This document shows positions 58,812-64,000 of a DNA stretch of 64,000 bases, piece by piece. The stretch's first letter is position 1. Every line of letters starts with the position of its first letter. The notes beneath the pieces are model-generated. The model saw only the letters and a program-made list of their open reading frames with translations, was not told where the DNA came from and did not search any database. Made by a program: the position numbers and the translations under genes. This stretch comes from an uncultured Planctomycetia bacterium (GTDB lineage: Bacteria > Planctomycetota > MHYJ01 > WSZJ01 > CAZWCX01), in NCBI GenBank assembly GCA_964632945.1, contig CAZWCX010000028.1, positions 711 through 64,710 on the forward strand. Reading direction: 5' to 3'.

Positions 58812-59127
58812 GCCGCGACTCCGCCCGGAGGAGGGGGGCGCGGGGCGCCCCGGACCCGGAAAGGGTACTCCGGGGCGCGCGCGCGGTCAAGGCCGGACCT
58901 GCGGGCGGGTGCATGACCGGTGTTGCGGAATCGGCTGCGCCGGCATTCTCCCGGGACCTGCCAAGGGAGGATCCCGGCCGGGATCGGCCGAGAGGCCGGG
59001 CATGTCCACATCCGGATGGCAGAAGCGGTCACGCACCCCCTGCGGGCCTCCGCCGGCGGCGGACAGGTTTGGATTGCAAACGGCCGGGCGGTCTGCGATC
59101 CTTCGCGACGCCGAGAGGAGCTGCCCG

Positions 59128-60048
59128 ATGCCGAAACGGTGGGAAGAACTGACGTCGCCGGAAATCGCCGCGCTCGACCGCGCCCGGACGGTGGTGTTCG
59201 TGCCGATCGGCCCGCTCGAGGAGCATGGTCCGCACCTGCCGACCGGGACCGACCTGTTCGAGGCGCTCGAGGTGACCCGCCGGACGGCGGCCGCGGTGGA
59301 GGCGGAGCGTCCGGAGCTCACCGCCGTGCTGCTGCCGATCATCCCCGTGGCGGTCGATGCGATCGAGGCCCCGGGGAGCATTCAGACGCGGCCTTCGGTG
59401 ATCTACGATCTCCTCGTCGATCTCGGGGGCTCGTTGGCGCGGCAGGGCTTCGTCAACATCGTCGTGATCAACCATCACGGAAGCCCGCGCAACCTGGTCT
59501 GCCTGGAGATGGCGGCGCGGCGGGTGAGCGCCCGCCACGGGGTGCGCATGGTTTCGCCCGCGGCGAACCTCGTCTACCGGCTCTACTTTCGCGGCGAACT
59601 GTCGCGGCTGGAGTCGTTTCTCGACCGGCCGCTGCCGGCGCCCGGACTGGCGGGACTCAAGAAGGACATCCATGCCGGGGCGTTCGAGACCTCCGAGGTG
59701 CTCGCGGTCCGTCCGGATCTGGTGAAGGCCGACTACACGAAGTTGGCGCCGTTCGAGATCGCGCTGCACGACTTCCATCCGAAGACGCTGATGCGGCTGC
59801 CGGGATCCCAGGGGTACATGGGGCGCCCGGCGCTGGCGAGCCCGGAATTGGGCGACTCGTACTACCGGTTCCTCGCCGATGAGGGGAAGCGGATCGTGCT
59901 CGACGTGGTGGACGGGAAACCGCTGGCGGGGCTGGCGCACTCGCCGCTGGTGTACGCACCGCACCTGTGGCCGCGATTCTGGACCTGGCTCGCCTGGGGA
60001 GCGGCGCTAATGGGGCTGGCCGTGTGGGCGTTCGCGGCGGCGAGGTAG
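59128..60048 (+). CDS. creatininase-family amidohydrolase
   Basis: Internal ATG at 59128. LEEHGPHLPTGTD and VINHHGSP metal-binding motifs. Confidence 0.8.
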   Translation: MPKRWEELTSPEIAALDRARTVVFVPIGPLEEHGPHLPTGTDLFEALEVTRRTAAAVEAERPELTAVLLPIIPVAVDAIEAPGSIQTRPSVIYDLLVDLGGSLARQGFVNIVVINHHGSPRNLVCLEMAARRVSARHGVRMVSPAANLVYRLYFRGELSRLESFLDRPLPAPGLAGLKKDIHAGAFETSEVLAVRPDLVKADYTKLAPFEIALHDFHPKTLMRLPGSQGYMGRPALASPELGDSYYRFLADEGKRIVLDVVDGKPLAGLAHSPLVYAPHLWPRFWTWLAWGAALMGLAVWAFAAAR

Positions 60049-60053
60049 GCCGA

Positions 60054-61589
60054 ATGGACACCATGGCAGCGGACCGTCGTGGGGCGTGGATCGCGGGCGG
60101 TCTCAGCTTCCTCCTCTACGCGCTCACCCTGGCCCCCGGGGTGACCTGGGGGGACAGCGCCAAGCTGGTCCTCATGACGCTCCCGCTCGATCCGGGGATC
60201 ACTCCGGGGGAGCATCACCTGCGCAATCTGCTGGGGGCGGTGGTGCACGCGCTCGTGCCCTGGGGGGATCCGGCGTGGCGGCAGAATCTGTCGTCGGCGG
60301 TCTGTGGGGCGGGTGCGGTGGGGCTCGTGTACGCCCTGACCCGGCGCTTGACCGCCCGCGGGGGAGCGGCGGCGGTGGCGGCGGCGGCGCTCGCGGTGTC
60401 GCACACGTTCTGGCACCTCGCGGTGATCGCGGAGAGCTACGCCCTCGCGACGCTGCTTTTCGCGGGCCAGGCGTGGTACGCCTTGGGATGGGCCGAATCC
60501 GGGGAGGCCCGCCGGTTGCGCGGCTTCGCGCTGCTGACCGGGCTGGCGCTGGCGAATCACGTGCTGACGCTCGTGCTGATGGGGCCGTTCGCGGTCCTGT
60601 TCGCCTGGGCGATCTGGCGAAAGCGTCCGGAGCGGCCCGGCGCCGCGGAGGTCGCGCGCTGGGTCGGGCTGTTTCTGCTCGGCTACGCTCCGGTGCTGTA
60701 CGCGGTGGCGCGTCATCTTCCGGAGCACGGGCTGTGGGCCTGCATCGATGGAGTGCTCGATCTCGAGGCGACGCAGTATCTGAAGGCACGGCCCGGGCTG
60801 AACCTGCGCGGGGTGGCGCAGCGGGGGCTCGCGATCGCGGCGCAGGCGCCGGGACTGGCCGGCGTGCTGGCGCTTGCGGGGGCGGCGGTCGCGCGACGAC
60901 GACCGGCCTTCCTGGTCCTGGGGGGGGCGATGACGCTCGGGCTGTGGGCGTTCGCCTCCCTGCATCTGGACCAGCGCGCGCCCTACCGCCTGGTGCCCGC
61001 GTACTGGTGTCTGGCGGTGTTTGCGGGGTTCGGTTGGCGGGCCGTCGAGGAGCGATGGCTCGGCGCCGTGGGGACCGCGCCGCCGTCATCGAAACGCGCG
61101 CCCGTCGCGCTCGCGGCGGCGCTCGTACTGACGCTCGTCGTCCCGCCCCTCGTCTATGCCGCCTCGCCGGGGATCGTGCGCCGGCTCGGGATCGAACTGG
61201 GCGCCATGCATCGCCTGCGCGACCTGACGTACCGCGACTCGCTCCGCTACTTTCTGGTCCCGTGGAAGCGGGGGGACGACGGTCCGGAACGTTTCGCCCG
61301 CGACGCGCTCGCTCAGGCGGGTCCCGACGGCGTCGTGGTGGCGGATTTCACGCTGCTGACCGTGCTCAACTACGGCCAGCAGATCCTCGGACTCGCTCCC
61401 GGGGTTCGCGTGGAATCGCTGGAGTCCGACCGGGTGCGTCGGCGCGGCCTCGATGCCCTCGCGCACGAGATGCGGGGCGCCGGCCGCCGGACGTATGTGG
61501 TCGACGACCACGACGCCTACCGGCTCGATCGCCTCGAGCGTCATCGGGTCGAGCGCGCCGGCATCCTCTGGGAAATCGTGCCGCGCTGA
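60054..61589 (+). CDS. DUF2723 / GT39-like integral membrane glycosyltransferase
   Basis: Multi-TM protein with N-terminal PGVTWGDSAKLV (O-mannosyltransferase-like). Confidence 0.65.
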   Translation: MDTMAADRRGAWIAGGLSFLLYALTLAPGVTWGDSAKLVLMTLPLDPGITPGEHHLRNLLGAVVHALVPWGDPAWRQNLSSAVCGAGAVGLVYALTRRLTARGGAAAVAAAALAVSHTFWHLAVIAESYALATLLFAGQAWYALGWAESGEARRLRGFALLTGLALANHVLTLVLMGPFAVLFAWAIWRKRPERPGAAEVARWVGLFLLGYAPVLYAVARHLPEHGLWACIDGVLDLEATQYLKARPGLNLRGVAQRGLAIAAQAPGLAGVLALAGAAVARRRPAFLVLGGAMTLGLWAFASLHLDQRAPYRLVPAYWCLAVFAGFGWRAVEERWLGAVGTAPPSSKRAPVALAAALVLTLVVPPLVYAASPGIVRRLGIELGAMHRLRDLTYRDSLRYFLVPWKRGDDGPERFARDALAQAGPDGVVVADFTLLTVLNYGQQILGLAPGVRVESLESDRVRRRGLDALAHEMRGAGRRTYVVDDHDAYRLDRLERHRVERAGILWEIVPR

Positions 61590-61590
61590 A

Positions 61591-62292
61591 TCACCGGCCC
61601 AGCACGCGCACGCGCAGCAGGGTGGCGAGAATCGGCAGGGCGTCGCGCGGGCGGATCTTCTTCCCCTCTTCGTACGTGCGGGCCTGGTAGCGGATCGGCA
61701 CCTCGCGGACGCGCAGTCCGCGCCGCAGCGCCTGGCAGAGGATTTCGGTCTCGAGGGCGAAGCCTCGGCTCCGCAGGCGGAAGGACCGCCAGACCGCGAG
61801 ACGCGCCGCCTTGTAGCACGAGGTCAGGTCGGTCAGATGGGCGGCGTAGGAGAGGTTGACCGCGGTGGTGAGCGATCGGTTGAAGACGCGGTGGAGGTCG
61901 AACAGAAAACGGGCGTCGTCGCGGCCGAAGCGGGTGCCGTTGACCAGGTCGCAGGTTCCGGCGATCAGCGGGGCGAGCAGGGCGGGGATGTCCCCGGGAT
62001 CGTACTCGAGGTCGGCGTCGTGGACCAGAAACCAGTCGCCGTCGCACGCGCTCATCCCGCGCAGGACGGCGGCCCCCTTGCCGATCGGGCGGTCGACTTC
62101 GATCAGGCGGACCCCGCGCGTCGCCCACGAGGGCATGCGGGCATGCAGGATCTCGAGCGTGCCGTCGCGCGAACCGTTGTCGACGATGACCACCTCGAGC
62201 GCGGTCGGCAGGGGGACGGCCAGCAGGCGCTCGACGGAGGCCTCGATGCAGCGGGCCTCGTTGTAAACCGGGACGACGACGGAGAGCTTCAC
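61591..62292 (-). CDS. family 2 glycosyltransferase (Dpm1-like)
   Basis: VVVPVYNEA...DAD... Confidence 0.8.
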   Translation of the reverse strand: MKLSVVVPVYNEARCIEASVERLLAVPLPTALEVVIVDNGSRDGTLEILHARMPSWATRGVRLIEVDRPIGKGAAVLRGMSACDGDWFLVHDADLEYDPGDIPALLAPLIAGTCDLVNGTRFGRDDARFLFDLHRVFNRSLTTAVNLSYAAHLTDLTSCYKAARLAVWRSFRLRSRGFALETEILCQALRRGLRVREVPIRYQARTYEEGKKIRPRDALPILATLLRVRVLGR

Positions 62293-62430
62293 GCGGGGGT
62301 CCCGGGCCCCCGCCGGCAGATCCCGGGAGGAGGGCCGTCCAACGGATCAGGGGGCGGCGCGGCGTGCGCCCCGGCGCGGGCGGCCGAGAAGGTCTCCCGT
62401 CCGGCCGACCCTGCAAGATCCCGCGCGCTC

Positions 62431-63714
62431 TTAGTGGTGGCCGTGCCCGCCGGTATCGGCCGGGAGCCCCTTCTTCAGGTTCTCGATCACCTGGTCGATG
62501 GGAGGATCCCAGGCCACGTTGGGAAGCTTGGCCTTCATCGAGTTCAGGGCTTCCACACCCTCCTGCTTGATGAGATCGAGGTGGTCCGAGTCCTGGATCT
62601 TGTGGACCATGTGCTCGATCTGGCCCGGGAAGCGCTTGAGGGTGTCCTCGGGGAGCGCCGAAGCGAAGTCCGGATTGCCCGCCACCCAGCTCATCAGGTC
62701 GCGCATGAGATCCTCCTTCCAGCGGATCTCGGTTCCCTGCTTGATCAGGATGGCGTCGCGGATGAGCTCGTAGGAGGGGAGATATTTTCCGGACTCGTAG
62801 AGCATGTACGCGAAGGTGGAGATGTACCCGAGCGACCATTCCCGGGCGGCGCGTTCGGAGTCGGTGGAGGTGAACTTGAGCGCGCCCGTGGTCAGCTTGC
62901 GGGTGAGTCGTTGCTTGGCGACGGCGGCGTAGTACTTCCCCGTCCGCAGCAAGCCGTCGACGACGGCGGTCTCCTGGAATCCCAACCGCGGGATGTGGAC
63001 GTGGGGGAAGGTCGAGTACCACTCGTAGTAGAACCGCAGCAGGGCCTCGACCTCCTCGAATCCGCCCGGTTCCTTGCGGAAGAGATCTTCCGCCGCCTGA
63101 ACCTGCTCGAGCGATTCCACCATGTTCGCCCAGGCGATCTTGCCGCTGCCGTACGGCTGGAACGGGCTGGTTCCATATTCGATGTTCTCGGCGAGGGCCT
63201 GGGCTTCCTTGAGCGCGACGAGGGCCTTCTGAAGTTCGCGGGCGATGATGAGGTTGCAGGCCTTCAGGGCCTGGGTTTCCGTCTGCTGGGTTGCAAAGAA
63301 CCACTCGTCCGGGTTCTTGGTCCAGACCACGTCCTTGATCGTGAAGGTGAAATCGACGATGCGGTAGTCCTTCGGTCGGCCGCTGGCGGGGACCAGGATC
63401 TTGGTGCAGGTCCTCACCCCCTTGCCGCGGGCGTAGATGTGCTTGAAGCCGGTGCAGGCCGCCTGGATCTTCTTGATCGGCTCGGCGCCCTCCACGGTCC
63501 AATTGATCACTTCCACGTTCGTGGTGGAGACCGGAACGACGCGGAACTCACCCTCGTGATCCCCGCACCAGAGCACGATTTCGGTTTCGCGGGCCTTTTC
63601 CTCGGCGGGGATCTCGGCCTCCTTCATCTCGCCGACCTGGGCGATCGCCGCGGAGAAAGCGGAACCGAGGATCGTCAGCAGCAGGGCAGGGAGGAGTGCG
63701 CGCATGTCGTGCAT
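62431..63714 (-). CDS. secreted hypothetical protein
   Basis: Internal Met MHDMRALLPALLLTILGSAFSAAIA is a signal peptide. No family recognised. Confidence 0.45.
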   Translation of the reverse strand: MHDMRALLPALLLTILGSAFSAAIAQVGEMKEAEIPAEEKARETEIVLWCGDHEGEFRVVPVSTTNVEVINWTVEGAEPIKKIQAACTGFKHIYARGKGVRTCTKILVPASGRPKDYRIVDFTFTIKDVVWTKNPDEWFFATQQTETQALKACNLIIARELQKALVALKEAQALAENIEYGTSPFQPYGSGKIAWANMVESLEQVQAAEDLFRKEPGGFEEVEALLRFYYEWYSTFPHVHIPRLGFQETAVVDGLLRTGKYYAAVAKQRLTRKLTTGALKFTSTDSERAAREWSLGYISTFAYMLYESGKYLPSYELIRDAILIKQGTEIRWKEDLMRDLMSWVAGNPDFASALPEDTLKRFPGQIEHMVHKIQDSDHLDLIKQEGVEALNSMKAKLPNVAWDPPIDQVIENLKKGLPADTGGHGHH

Positions 63715-63864
63715 GGGGGGGCCTTCCGTGCTAGGGTGCGTGTAGAGCAAGGGATTATAGAGGTGGCCCGAAACGGGAGTCAAGACGAAGTCATCGCTCC
63801 CCGGTTGGATCTGGAACCGGCGCGGAGGGGGCGGTATTTCCGGGATCGGACGCGGGAGGAGCAG

Positions 63865-64000
63865 ATGAAAGCCAGCATCGTCGTGCCGGTGTACAACGAG
63901 GCGGCGACGGTGGAAGAGGTGGTGCGATTGCTGCTGGCGCTGCCCATGGACCGCGAGGTGCTTCTGGTGGACGACGGGTCGAGGGACGGTTCGGCGGCCA
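63865..64000 (+). CDS. family 2 glycosyltransferase, 5' partial
   Basis: MKASIVVPVYNEAATVEEVV... runs off the window end. Confidence 0.6.
   Translation, partial: MKASIVVPVYNEAATVEEVVRLLLALPMDREVLLVDDGSRDGSAA

Noticed and set aside
57221-59032. Treating 57539..59032 (497 aa) and 57221..57478 (85 aa) as two separate genes
   Set aside because: Only the last 83 aa of the first ORF is protein-like. It is in the same frame as the second ORF across TGA and together they form one AhpD-like domain, so a single gene with TGA recoding (or a nonsense mutation) is more parsimonious.
1-64000. CRISPR arrays, rRNA genes, integrase or transposase genes
   Set aside because: No regularly spaced repeat-spacer structure, no rRNA-like stretches, and no ORF with integrase or transposase motifs was seen in any frame.

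Overview
High-GC bacterial chromosome window of 64 kb. The left ~18.7 kb looks like a lower-GC defense island, almost entirely on the minus strand. It holds a complete type 1 BREX operon in the order brxA, brxB, brxC, pglX, pglZ, brxL, with every gene translationally coupled by ATGA or TTGA overlaps. A DUF433/DUF5615 toxin-antitoxin pair sits between pglX and pglZ, and a PD-(D/E)xK nuclease gene follows brxL. Upstream of BREX are an HTH gene, a tandem 21-nt direct repeat, and an unusual reverse-transcriptase module. The RT has motifs 1-7 and a Cys-rich C-terminal domain, but no motif 0. It is in frame with an upstream Cys-rich ORF across a single TAA, and is followed by a small Arg-rich ORF. 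The island ends at a tRNA-like T-arm/acceptor fragment near 18.7 kb. The right ~45 kb looks like core genome. It encodes secreted and membrane proteins, a TPR Ser/Thr kinase, an S15-family hydrolase, a ybgA-photolyase operon, a Tat-exported Csp-like copper-storage protein with HPKG repeats, a WYL regulator, and a large catabolic cluster. It also encodes an AhpD-like gene with an in-frame TGA exactly at the second Cys of the CxxCxxxH motif (candidate selenoprotein), and glycosyltransferases. No CRISPR array, rRNA, integrase or transposase was seen.
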